A stretch of DNA of 62,987 nt, filler included, from Bigelowiella natans CCMP2755 (Eukaryota > Protista > Cercozoa): assembly GCA_000320545.1 (NCBI GenBank). It is 6 parts of 6 records of this genome, joined end to end, with 100 filler letters (N's around TTAATTAATTAA, not from the genome) between each part and the next. Parts side by side here need not be neighbours in the genome. Positions count along the whole stretch, not along the records: positions 1 to 29,555 come from ADNK01000116.1; 5 more parts are not named here. One strand, given 5' to 3'. Positions 14,664-27,427 of this stretch are shown here, one piece after another. The notes beneath the pieces were generated by a model. It was given only the letters and a program-made list of their open reading frames with translations. It made no database searches and was not told the DNA's origin. Numbering within the stretch: position 1 is the stretch's first letter; every line of letters starts with the position of its first letter. The position numbers were made by a program, and so were the translations under genes.

Positions 14664-16170
14664 GTCCATGTCGTAACAGGTGAGCATATTTGGAGGATTC
14701 CTATGAGTGCGATGTGTTTTTTTCCTAACATCCGATGAAGCTCAAGGCTAAGAAGGAGAAGCAAATTGAAGAAGAAATAGAAGCGAGGGAATCGAGCGTC
14801 ATATCGGTTGTTGGCCACGATTTACTACCCCGTTCATACCCTTTTTTCAAAACGCCATCCTTTCATCTCGTGAAATCTATCATCAACTACTTTCAGAAAA
14901 CTGCGTCTGCTGTTGACCCGACGCGGGGAATGGCTGTGGACAAAAGCAGCCTCGAGATTGAAGATATGGATTTAGACACATTTCTCGAGCAAGGGTGGGT
15001 TGTGGTAGTGTTATTTAGTGCACTATAATAGCTGGAAGGGTGTGTGGAAATGACCACTGAAAACTTGTCCACAATTGCAGTCTTGATGAAGACGACGAGG
15101 AGGACGATGAAGACTTCGAAGATGACGATGACGAAGATGAAGATGAGGATGGCGATGATGATGACGACGATGGTGAGAATAGACATCTTAGGAAATGTGC
15201 TGCTTCGAATGCCGCCTCTAAAATAGTAACATTTCTCCAGAAGAGACAAAGTTCATGGAGGTCACGGAGAAAGATGAGGATGACGACGACGACGACGATG
15301 ATGATGATGAAGATGCCGAAAATGAAGCCGACGAGATCGTCGATCAAGAGGAGGAGGAAATGTAACTCCACGCGAATTCTCCCCTATCTCTTTCCATATT
15401 AGTATCATTCAAAAAAAAGTAGATATAGGGTGCCATTTTTAAAACGTACTTTACAGCGAATTTGTGGTCATTAAACTGAACGATTATGAGAAACAATGAC
15501 CGCGCTTGGTCAGGGAAGAAGCAGCGTTGATGAAAGCAATGGCCTGCGACGACGATGATGACGAGGAGGAAGAGGACGAGGATGAAGATGAGGAGGAGGA
15601 TGAAGACGACGACGACGAACAAGCCTTAGAGAACGAAATCCTCATGCACCAGGTGAAAAGATGATGTCTGCCTGGTCATTGCGTCGCACCTTCTAGGAGA
15701 GTACAAAACCACATAGTAGTTTCCAGCAGCCGATCATTCACTAAAAGTAATCGTGGTATTATTTATTGCCCCAGGCGGAGCTGAAGAAGCTTGCCGAGAA
15801 GGATCCCGAATTCCACAGACATCTCCAACAGTACGACTCGTCCTTGCTGGAGTTTGAAGGGAAGAGCGCCAAGCAGAAAGGGGGGGTAGGAGAGGGAGGC
15901 GATGACGAAGAAGACGTTGATGAAGATGACGAAGAGGCGGAGGAGGACCACGAGGCAGAAATAAGCGCGGAGGCAAGTGTAACCAAAGCAGCTGCCGCAG
16001 ACGGCTCGGGCGAGGATGTCATCACTCTCAAGAAATTCAAGAAAATCTTCAAGGAAGCGCTCACCACCCCCTCCCTCCGAAAAGTCAAGAAAATCACGAG
16101 GGTGAGTCTGGGGGGTGGATATTCTTCGTCGTAGGCGAAGAGCAAAAGAGAGAAAGAGAAATAGAGAGAT

Positions 16171-16213
<43 letters not shown>

Positions 16214-16927
16214 AGTAGCCGTGTATGAGTGGGTAGACGTGGACTTTCATCATTGCAACGACCCACCATCTACTAGCACAATATAATTTCTCTCCTGTGT
16301 TCTGCATCATCATAAGTTCCCCCTCTCCCCCCACACCCACAATGTACCATGCACCAACCATCACTCACTACCGCCGCAGATATTTGCTGAAGCCTGTCAA
16401 TATGGGGGATTCCAAGACACAAAGGAGGGTGATCAGGTCAATGCTTTGACTTGTTCTCTCTATGTTTGTCGTGTGTCATCATCTATGTGACAGCCGTCGT
16501 AGTTGTAGTCCAGAAGGCGTGAGGTGCGGTGTGTTTTTCAGGGTCATAGCAGCTCTCTCGTCATAGCCAACGCGAAGGTGCGTGCGAGACTACCGAAACC
16601 TTTCTTTCTTTTTAAATTGTGAAGATCCTTACGCCGTTGATGTCAGATCGTCCCTGTGTGTGTGTGTGTGTGTGAGTGAGTGTGTGTGTGTGTGTGTGTT
16701 GTGCGCTTCTTTAACACATTGTATTCCCCTTTCTCTCTTACTACATAGACTTTCAATGCCATTATCACGTCGTGTCTCAGCGAGGTGCGACCAATAACCA
16801 TGAACATATGGGTTATTTGGTGTTCATGCAATGCAACACACAAATTGGATTCATCATCTTCAATTACGGCAAATTTGGCTTTATGTTTTCGATATGAAAA
16901 CTTCGCAAAGATCCACCATTTTTTAAA

Positions 16928-17002
<75 letters not shown>

Positions 17003-17965
17003 CGCGCATATGCCTCTAATTTTCTTTATTATAGTACAGCAAGAGGAATAATCAACTTGAAACCTTGAAATTGCAGGTGCAGGAGCTCTTTAAGCCCCTC
17101 TTGGATGATGCGGAAAAACTTGAGGTCATCATCCATAAGAAGTATCTTGATCGATAGTTTACATAATCTTACATAGTTATGTTTCAAATATTACCAAAGA
17201 CGAAGAAGAGAGCGGATAGAGAGAAGAGGAGAAAGAAAAACGGAGGCAGTGGCAGCGGCAACTCGGCCTCAGAATCCGGTAAGAAAGAGAAGCAAAATAA
17301 GATTGCGCATGGAAATCGTGAAAGACGTGGTGATAATAAAGAAGCCACTGGTAGCCAATTCAGCCGTGTTGTGAAGTTGGAGAGATATTCTCCACTAATC
17401 TTTACTTTGGGAAAAGCCCTTTTCCGAAGTCTTTTGTGGCAAAGGAGGAGGACATATCTTAGTTGAAGAATTTTTCGAGTGATCAAAGATGCCCTTTATC
17501 ACTGCGCGCACCGGTCCCTCTTCCTGTCCTGCACTGAACATTACATTGTTGCTTTGGCAGGGAGCGCCTACTACGCACATCTCTCCAATCTTCCCAAGTG
17601 GAAGAAGTGGTAGTAACCTGCAGTAGAAGTCGTATGTAGCAGAGAGTGAAAGCGCGGTAGTACAACTTCTTCCCGCGGCACAGTGATCATCGTCATGTTA
17701 TTTCCTTCGGTGGTTTGTACGTAGGGGTCCAGTCGTGCGAGTCTTCGCTAAATCGCACACTAATTTCCTCTCGAAATTGGTTGTCATCCTTCCCCCCCCC
17801 CCCCCCACACTCACACACACCCCTTCTGCCTAGCCCTTTCCTCTCCGCCTTTCGCGCAGCAGCTCTACGGAAAGATGCACCAGCTCGCAAACCACGTCCG
17901 CAGATAGCCGAAGGAGGATAGAAGCATCATCATCAATACCACCATCACAATCAATACCATCATCC

Positions 17966-17999
<34 letters not shown>

Positions 18000-18766
18000 T
18001 ATCATCGCAGGTGGACAAAACGATGATTCGGTACGTCGTATCGAAGTGCGCAGGCATGAGGCCCTTGTACGGGGGGCTCGCAACGAAGATGGCGGAGAGG
18101 CTACTTCGGTGCCTCCTCAACCTGTGGGCCAACTCCCCTCACGACGACGTGGCAATCGATTCCTTCGTCGAGATTCGTGGCCTCGTCGTGGCGTTGGGCG
18201 ACTTCAAGCCTGAGGTGCTGGCTGCCCTTGGAGGCATATAGAAATTAAGTCCAACCTTCTTTACCTTTTTGGCCTCCTCTTCCTCCCCCTCCTCATCCTC
18301 TCCATCTTTTGTAATCAAACGGTGGTGGTTGCCACAGTTACAAGGACTTACTTGTCCATCGTCGTCATGATCATTATCATCATGATCATCATCATCATCA
18401 TCATCATCATCATGTTATCTTCAGCAGCATATATCGTCGTATCCATAGGTGCTAGAGTTTGGCCTGAAGCACTCGTATCTTGTATACTGCAAAACGGTAC
18501 TATCGTTGACCCGTCGTCGTCGTAGTTGTTGTGGCAGTACTTATCTCCTGGTGATAATGCTGAAAATTGTGTTGTGCTAGTTTACTTTTCTGATTGCTGA
18601 TAGTATTCTGATATAGACACGACAAATAGGATTGGTTATCCTTAAATATTTAACTCTCCTGCCTCCCCCTCCCCTCTCCTGTTCTGCACATCTTCTTTCT
18701 CCAGGCGCGATTTACATCGCCACGGACAATGCCGCGGATCACGTTCATGGCGGTCAGCAAGCTCTC

Positions 18767-18820
<54 letters not shown>

Positions 18821-19118
18821 TGTGTGTGTGTGTGTTAATGATGATCCGTCTCATCCGGCCATAGGACTGCATCTCAAAGCTGTACACGCTCGATTCAACG
18901 ACGGGCTATCGCTACGCGTTCATCTATATCCGGCAGCTCGCCATCCACCTCCGAAACGCCATTGTGACCAAGAAGAACAACAAAACCGCGCAAGCCGAGA
19001 AGAACAAGACCAAAAAGAAGAAAAACAAGCAGAAGAAGGTGCTTCGCCTTTGTGAACATACTGTACAAAGAACGACTAGTATATTAATCTCTGCCATCAT
19101 CATCATCATCGGCATCAC

Positions 19119-19152
<34 letters not shown>

Positions 19153-19834
19153 CCACCATTTTGAAGTTATTTTCCTGCTCTAGAAGGATGCGGGGAAACA
19201 AAAAGGCTCGGTGGACGCCACGACGGAGGGTGAGGCAAAATAGATCACGGCGTGGGACATCTCATCATCTCCCAACCTTTTTGTGTGCGCGTGTATATGT
19301 GTGGGTGCGTGCGCGCGCGCGCGCGCGCACGCCCTATTGAGCGAGCGAGTAGATACATGCACAGGCCACGATTAGGAGCCTATCCGCATTTACATATTTT
19401 TTTCTCTGTGATTCTGCTATTTTGTCTGGGTGCATCCCGCTGCTCCAGGTGCGCATTCGAGCGTCTACAATTGGCAGTACATCAACGGCCTCAGAGCTTG
19501 GTAATGTTATTATGTGTCTACCCTTATGGAGAGGGAGGGTGGTGCTGATAGTGATGATAATGACGACGGCGGCGGTGAGGATGATAATGGCGATGGTGGT
19601 ATTCTACAGCCATGGTGGTTGCGTGCAAATATGCTTAGCACTCACGCAATGACGGACAACCCACAGGTCGACACTGCTAAAGGAGCAAGCAAAGGGTGGG
19701 GACTCTGAGCTGCGGCCGTTGGTGTATCCGTTCATCCAAGTGGCGCTGGGAGTCATCACCCTCCACCCCACAGCGCGCTACTGGCCGCTGTTGTTGCAGG
19801 TGCTACCATGCGCGTGTGCGTGGGAGGGTTCTTG

Positions 19835-19869
<35 letters not shown>

Positions 19870-20696
19870 GCGTCGATGTGCAGCCTCCTTTCTCGACGGA
19901 TACTTATACGACCAACTCCAACTCAGGTGATGTCGCTGGTGATGGAGGTAGCGGGAGCTGCGAGCGTTTATGTTCCGCTTGCAGGCCACATGCTCCTCAT
20001 CCTCGAATCGAAGGAATTCACTAAGAAAGCTAAGCCATCCACCCAGCGCCCACCGGTCGGTTCGCTTTGCACTTGTTCATCTCTCCGCTTTAACCGCTGC
20101 GGTCACTGCTGCTGCTGCGGCAGCGGGGGCGGAGGGCGCACCTGTGTGAAACATATTAAAACGATAATAATAATAATAATAATAAGTCGTAGAATTGCAG
20201 CGTTTTAAATTAACGAGTGTTTGCCAGCATTGGAAACGGCACTGATGGTGATTACATTTGCCCTTCTGCTGGTTTCTCTGTGGAAATATTGCATACTTTT
20301 CCCCTTCCGCCATGCTCTCTATACCATGATTCCTGTTGAAAGTGTGATGTCATTGCTTCTTATCTCACCCCCCCCCCCCCCCCCCTAAGGAGTGGAAAGG
20401 GCTGCTACATGCGACCTTGTCGACGGTGAATACACGGCAATATCAGGAAGAAGCTGCTCGGAGAACGCTCCATGCCTTGGCCAGATACCTGAATATCTAC
20501 GCGTACGCAGCGGTAAGAAGAGCAGCAAAGTTGTTGTTGTTGTTGTTGTTGTTGTTGGCCCTGCCATTTATTTGTCCGGGGGGATTCAAATATGCAGAGG
20601 AATAATAATTCGCAGATGATGTGTCGTGAAATTGGGAGTAGGAGTAATAATATCGTTCTGTTTGGGTATGTCGTCTTATTGCTTTCCTCTGTTTCA

Positions 20697-20734
<38 letters not shown>

Positions 20735-21191
20735 GCACGGATTGTTCGTTTCTGCGCATCATTATAGGCCTTCCCCGAGATCAGCACACCGACTGTCGTC
20801 GCGCTGCGTAAGCTTTCAAAGGTGAGGAAGAGGGAAAAGAGAAAGAAGAAGAAGAGGAGAAAGAGGAGGAGGAGGAGGAGGAGGAAGGGGATCTATCGGC
20901 GGCCGGTTTTCGTCGTTTTACCACCACCATTTTACTTATCACAAATATCGTCTATCTCACCATCTTTGATGTTCATGAATGCCGACTTTCGCTTACATCC
21001 CTCTATGTCCATAGAAATCTAGGATGCCCCCTTTGATCAAGAAACAGGTCGATGAGACGTATTGCGGGGAAGGGGGGGGGATTAGTGCGCCTGATATGTA
21101 CTATCATCCATTCCTTCTTTTTGGTGATAGATACAAACTTTGCTCCTTTATTGCGAAAGGCCGATGCGATGTTTGTCTTCCTTTTTCCTTC

Positions 21192-21227
<36 letters not shown>

Positions 21228-22220
21228 TCGCAAACATGCACGCACGTAGACGCCCTCATTCATTCACCACGTGCAGGCGGCAGCACTCGCTAGCATCCTG
21301 AAAGAGAGCGGCGAAATGATCAAGCGTCAAAGAGCAGCTACGGGCATTGCTCCAGTGACGATGCTGAGAAAGGGTAGTCCTACTACCACAACCACGCATG
21401 ATCCACCGTTTCTTCTACTACTACAATAGAGTGATAGCAAACACTGCTTAAATTCTACTGTGTTGCGAGAAGGCGTCATTGTTTTCGTTCCATATTGCTT
21501 TGATCGCATAAGTATGAGCCTGTTGTCGCTTCGATCTTGGAATAGAGTGCATTGGCGGTTGTTCATAGGCCTCTACTTACCCTTCTCTATACCGTTGAGC
21601 CGGCTTCTAGCTAGACATTCTATAGCTAGCATCGGCGGAATACTGCCAACAGCGAGAACCTGTCCCGAATATTTCCTATTTTTCTTTCCACCTCGACTAG
21701 TTTTCTCCCCTTCTGTTTTTCCGAGATCTGTCGGGACGAGCATAGGTGCCAATGTGCCAGCGATAGTACGCGCGATTGTTAATTAAAATATTCGTTGGTT
21801 GCGTTAGGAATGTGCCCTGTAACCACCTTCAAGCCGCAGCAGGACGTCATGGACGACGTTTCTTCGTCAGCCAAGAAGAAGAAGAAGAAGAAAAACAGAA
21901 GGAGCAAGAGCGGCGGGGGTATCTCTCCAATCACGCGGTACGTGCAGACACTTCTACAAGCCGAGAATGACCGCGATAAAGGGGAGGAGAAAGGCAGCAG
22001 CAACCAACAGAAGGCTGTCAACTCGAGAAAGAAGTCGAAGAAGAACAAGAAGGAGAAGGACGACGAGGAGGGGCTTGAGGAGAAAAGTGTGAAGAAGCGT
22101 AAGAGGAAGCAGCAATCCGACAATACTGGACGAGAGGCAAAGAAGAAGCAAAGGAAGGATGATGACGATGAAGATGAGGAGGCAGATGTTGTTAAGGTAA
22201 GATGTAAGGTGTATTAAATA

Positions 22221-22267
<47 letters not shown>

Positions 22268-22429
22268 TTTTATATTGAGATACAAAAGGTGCCTGATGGT
22301 CATTGGTCCTCATGCAATGCATACATGTACAAATGTGCTCAGGAATTCGACTTCGCTGACCTTGGTGACGAAGACGATGATGATGATGATGACGACGACG
22401 ACGATGAAGAAGACGACGATGAGAAGTAA
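13986..22429 (+). CDS. NOC2: Nucleolar complex protein 2 (Noc2/NOC2L), many exons
   Basis: Hallmark motifs: HQ|AELKKLAEKDPEFHRHLQQYDSSLLEF (15.6-15.9 kb), GYRYAFIYIRQLAIHLRNAI (18.9 kb), SVYNWQYINGLRAW (19.46 kb), LRPLVYPFIQVALGVITLHPTARYWPL (19.7 kb); acidic N- and C-terminal tracts; stop 22427-22429. Confidence 0.93.
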
Positions 22430-22699
22430 ACTCTAACAGTGAAATGTGCACTTTCGTGAATCACATAGTTGTAATTTCGACAAACAAAGGCATGGACACG
22501 CTCGCACATACGCGCATGCAAAATCAGCTTGCTGCTAGAAGCGCAGGGGTGCTTGCATACTCGCGTGAAAGTGCTTGCATATCACAAAAGAGGATGGAAT
22601 GACCACCACATGCGCAACGCGCACTGCTAGACGACTGCTACGCTAGACTGGCCGCTCATGAGCGAAGCACATTCCGAACTACACACATGAAATCATTAA

Positions 22700-23114
22700 A
22701 GCAATGCTCTGCTGTGGATTTTTGCCAAGCCATTTTCAACAAAGATTGTTTTCACAAAAGACGTGTGATGTGCGTGTGATTTCTGCCTTGCTAGCTTGCT
22801 AGCTTGTCATTCTAGCAATTCAGTTCCAGCAGGCAGTCAGGTGGGCAAAATTTCATGTTGCGCATCTTACAATGGCGAATTTTGCCATTGCAAACAGTGG
22901 GGAAATGAAATGTGGGGCATGGTTCATGAGCGGCGGCATGGCAGCGCAGCGTGCAGCTGCGGATTGCACCCATGCCAGCATCACAGGCCGCCCATGCGCA
23001 CGTGCTGCTGCGTGGTCGTGTGCCTCGTTCGTAGACCCAATCCATTGGGACACATCGAATCGTCACTAGCAAGTGGCCCATTCCAACGTGAGAAGATGAA
23101 CCAAACAGAAAGTC

Positions 23115-23117
<3 letters not shown>
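22700..23117. other. TpA-depleted intergenic island
   Basis: Few TA, most in CTAG (ctagcttgctagc, tctagc, actagc, tctaga); rich in TGCA/CATG. Confidence 0.8.
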
Positions 23118-23152
<35 letters not shown>

Positions 23153-23604
23153 GAATTGGGCAAGTTGTGGATGCACCACAGTGCGTAGGTGCTCTATTTT
23201 GTAAATGGACATAGTGAATTTCATGTCGCAGTGCAAATTCGCTGTTCATTTTATTCGAATATTATGGGGATATAAATGCCTGAAAACATCTAAAGGTTTT
23301 TGGCTAAGAATCTTTCGAGGGAGTCCCTCGTGCACAGGGGTATGCTAGGGCCGTTGTGTCATAAATCCTATAAGACCATTCCTGGTATTTCATCAAGAAA
23401 ATCTGACGTAAAATATGCAGGTCGTCAAAGTGCGACTTGCAATAAATGTTGTCGTATGTATAATATATCCGTATCTCAGCGGCCTTCTGTCCTCAATGGC
23501 ATTCTTTTTACTACCCCAGATTTCCACACCACAAACACCCCCCCCCCCCCCCCCTACTCAGGTGGAACTTAATTATTGTGGTGTTGGTATAAGATCTGCT
23601 CGAG

Positions 23605-24711
23605 ATGACGAAAAAGGGAGACAATGGTGTCCTCCCGTCTCATCAACCCGTACCAAGGGACGCAAAAAAAACCTTGTCTGTCGGCTTGATGGGTGTCTTC
23701 ACTACGTGTACCGCATATATTAGTTCGTGCATAGGGATGAGCTGCTTTCAAAAGATGGCAATCATGGCCTTTCCAAGAAGAAATGTGCTAATTTGCATAC
23801 AAGCTTCATTTGTGCTGGTGTTCTTATTAAGCCTTCGATGGAAACAAATTCACCTGGGACCTTACTCGGACTTCCTTCGGTTTCTACCTATCTGTCTTTG
23901 TTTCACTTTAATGTTGATGGCATCGATGCTGGCGTATCAATTTTGCACTCTGGGAACAATTGTAGTCATCGGAGCTTTATGTCCGTTGCTAACATTGCCT
24001 GTTGAGATGTTCGCATTCAAGGAAAATCCTCTCATTGTCACAAAACACACCGTTGGCTCAATGGTGATTACGGTTGTAGGAGTTGCGATGTATGGTATGT
24101 TTCAAGGGAAGCTTAGGGGACAACTTATAGGTATATCTGCAATGGTTGGTAAGACGATCATAAACGTATACTATCAAACTCGCATGAGATACTTGATGGT
24201 GGAGGATCCTGTGGACATCAACGACGAAGGAATGATGCTCTACAACAATGGAATTGCCCTAATTGCGACAATGATCACGGTCTTTGTTCTCTCCGAGCAT
24301 GAGGGGCTCACAAGTGATGCTCAGGACTTGTCTCAAAAGGAGTGGTCTTGGGTTTTGGGTTCGTGCGTATGTTGCTATGCGATTTCTTATTTCTCATTTC
24401 GATGCCAGCGATTGGTGTCGGCTACCTCTTTCCACATTCTCGGTAACGTTGCCAAGATTGTTGTCGTACTATTTGGGTGGGTCGTCCTCCAAGAAAGTTA
24501 CAATCTTAAATCGGCCTTTGCCGTGGCAATTGCTCTCATTGGGGCAGGATGGTACTCTTATGATAGGGTGATGACAGGACCAGAAAAAGACCTCAACATA
24601 TCTGATGATAACGCTCACCTCACTCCATTTATCAAAGCAAGAAGCGGAAGCTTTACCAAGGGGTTATCAAAGCTTGGTCCTAGTGCGTATAAATACCAAA
24701 GCTTTGGCTAA
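23605..24711 (+). CDS. Nucleotide-sugar transporter (DMT/TPT superfamily, GONST/SLC35-like), single exon, 368 aa
   Basis: Uninterrupted ORF with about 10 hydrophobic segments; motifs MMLYNN, SYFSFRCQRLVSATSFHILGNVAK and IALIGAGWYS are typical of GDP-sugar transporters. Substrate not assignable. Confidence 0.88.
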   Translation: MTKKGDNGVLPSHQPVPRDAKKTLSVGLMGVFTTCTAYISSCIGMSCFQKMAIMAFPRRNVLICIQASFVLVFLLSLRWKQIHLGPYSDFLRFLPICLCFTLMLMASMLAYQFCTLGTIVVIGALCPLLTLPVEMFAFKENPLIVTKHTVGSMVITVVGVAMYGMFQGKLRGQLIGISAMVGKTIINVYYQTRMRYLMVEDPVDINDEGMMLYNNGIALIATMITVFVLSEHEGLTSDAQDLSQKEWSWVLGSCVCCYAISYFSFRCQRLVSATSFHILGNVAKIVVVLFGWVVLQESYNLKSAFAVAIALIGAGWYSYDRVMTGPEKDLNISDDNAHLTPFIKARSGSFTKGLSKLGPSAYKYQSFG

Positions 24712-25447
24712 AGCTGCGCTAAACAAGTTTCCATGAAGCTCCTTTCAACCCTGTGCTTCAATCATGTGCTCGTTATCAGGGCAAAATTGGCAAGTTTTTA
24801 ACACGGAGGAGATTTTTGGTCGGATACCACGCAATCCTCAAAATATATGAAAGATAGATATACTTCAGGCAGCAAGAAAATTTAAGAATATGCATGCGCG
24901 GTCATCACAATGAAACGATCGAGAAATGAAGGCATGGAGATATCGCAATCAGCAAATCAAACAGTTTGACAATTTTTTTCAAGATTAAAAGTCAGCGATT
25001 ACCATACAATGACGAAGTTCAGCATGGCAAGCACAATTTTCAGTAAAAGAATACTATTTTGGAAGTAAAATATGAGGAAGTATTTTCCCTTAGCATGTTG
25101 CAAATAATTCTTCTTGTGAAGGAACTCCATAGCTTCTCGAATTATATTGATGGAACTCAACAGATTTCCAAATAAATAAATTGTGGCAGAAATTTAGCAC
25201 TTTTATTCAGAACCATGCTATGATGATTGATGCTGCCATGTGGAGCTGTGACATTCGCCGGTGTCTCCGCGCATGCAACACATGCGGTCGCTCAGCTGCT
25301 CACTGTGGAGCACTACTTGCTACTCATCGACGCATCGCTAGATCGCATCGTTGAAATGAATGCTGGGTACTCTCCTCTAGTCCTGAGCAGTCCTGCTTAT
25401 TGTACGTCACATGTGCCTGTCTAGCTGTGGTCGGTCTAGACCACGTA

Positions 25448-26134
25448 CCGATGCATCATTGTCATCATGGCATGATGCAAGTCTGGACAAGTTGAAGCGT
25501 GTGCCAGCATGACAAGCTAGCAAGCAAAGAACTGGAGAAAGCTGCACGTCTAGCTGTGCTGTGTGTGCCAGATGTCAGGAGTCGATTTCAAAGTGCAAAA
25601 GGATGCTCCGCCGTTCATTGTGGACATGCACGGACGCATCGGATGCAGCAGGAGGCGCAACGCTCCAGCGCTTTCTCAGGGACTGAGAGGCTCGATCACA
25701 TTGCTAGATTGTGTCGTGCTGTTCTTTCGCACAGAAAGCGAGTGAGAGAGCACGCTAGCACGGCACATGGTGCGCAAAGAGCTGACGGATGATGCCAAAG
25801 TCTCTGCAGCTGTGCAGCTGTGGCTAGCTGCACAGGCAAGTTCCTGATTTTTCATTGTTTGCGGGCAAGTTCCAGCACATGACAAAGGGCTGTCCTGTCG
25901 CATGCATGAATGCGAAGACTGCGCGCTGTTTTGCGCTGCATGCATGGAGAAGACACGTGCAAGACAAGATGCAGCTGCCGCATGTGAACACGCATGCAAG
26001 ATTGAGCGCTGCGTGCTCTGGCTACTTTGAATGAATGAATGAATGAATTTTTGTTTGTTGTTGATGTTGTGTGCCACCATTGGGAAACCGGACAAATCTT
26101 GTTGCCTGAACCGTCCATCGATCGGAGGGAAAAA
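25448..26134. other. TpA-depleted intergenic island (CTAG spared)
   Basis: Hand count: 6 TA in 687 bp, 5 of them in CTAG and 1 in CTAC. Confidence 0.9.
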
Positions 26135-26303
26135 TATGCTGAATACTTCCATTTCACTTTGCTTATTGTAGGCTTCCACTTTGTTGTTTTCACTTTCGCA
26201 TATATTTCCTCGCGTCACTTTAGGACTAGTAATTATGGAAATTATGCGGTGTTATTTTACCATTTTCCCTTTACCAGAACAGAAAGGGACAAGACCGACG
26301 ACG

Positions 26304-27389
26304 ATGGCCCAGCGCAGTCTTCTCGCGTTACCAACGAATGCGAAGGGGGTGGCTCTGGCTGGGGCTGGAGTGCTTGCAGCCTACCTCTCATTTAAATATA
26401 TCTTTAAGGACACCGAGGAGATCGTATCCATTGGTTGCAACGAGGGTTAGTTCCAACATGACTGTAATACGCAACAGAAGCTTTTCATGGGAGCAGCGAC
26501 TTTGTGTGATGACGTACTCGCTCTTGTTTTGCAATTTATCAGCTGACGAGGCTGCAGAGGATGACTACCTTGGAATTCCCAAACATAAAAACAAGTTAAA
26601 GGGGAGTTTCGAGCCCCCAGAGCACGCGAAGGTGGTCGGGCTGCAAAACAACGGCAACACCTGCTTCCTCAACAGTATCCTCCAGGTAGTAGCTTTTGGG
26701 ATCCAACCAACGCTAAATCAATGAATGTTACCTGTTTCTCTTTCCTTGCTCTCTCCCACTCCCTCGTTCTAATCCCCTGCTGGGGCATTGCTTCTTCCGC
26801 ACTCGATAGGCATTATCTAGCTTGAGGGCATTCCGCGTCTACATCCACGAAATGCGCGCCCTTGCTCCGAATCTGGGTAATATCATGCGCATATAAATGT
26901 TTGGAGGACAATTCATACGTGAGTTTGCTCCCACCCACATTCCAACTAATTTGCCGATTGCTTCTTTGTTGCCACCCTCCTCCCAAAAAATCGCACGATG
27001 GTAGAGCTGTTGAAGGAGCTCGAGGCCATTGTGAATGGCGAGACGCGGGACCCCATCCGACTACACAAGATCATCGCCGCTAAAGAGAGGATGTATACAG
27101 GCGGTTATCAGCAGGTAGTCATCCCATTACCCTAATTATCTGTGTTTCTGGCCGAATTTCTGGTTCCATTGTTTTTTTTACCGATGGTACTAGTTGTGGT
27201 ACATCACAGCTTCGTGAGCATCATAGTCACCGCCAGCACCCAAACTTTCCTCCTTACAGGATGCACAAGAGTTGTTCGTGTCACTTATGGCAGCAATCCA
27301 GGAGGACGCCGGTCGCATTGAGGCCAGGTGTAAGCGTGGTTCGGCATGATGTATTAGCGATCGTCGATTCGGACAGAGCACCATCCATG

Positions 27390-27427
<38 letters not shown>

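Noticed and set aside
25448-26134. CpG methylation decay or classical RIP as the cause of TG/CA excess
   Set aside because: CpG remains frequent and TpA is what is missing; RIP would increase TpA.
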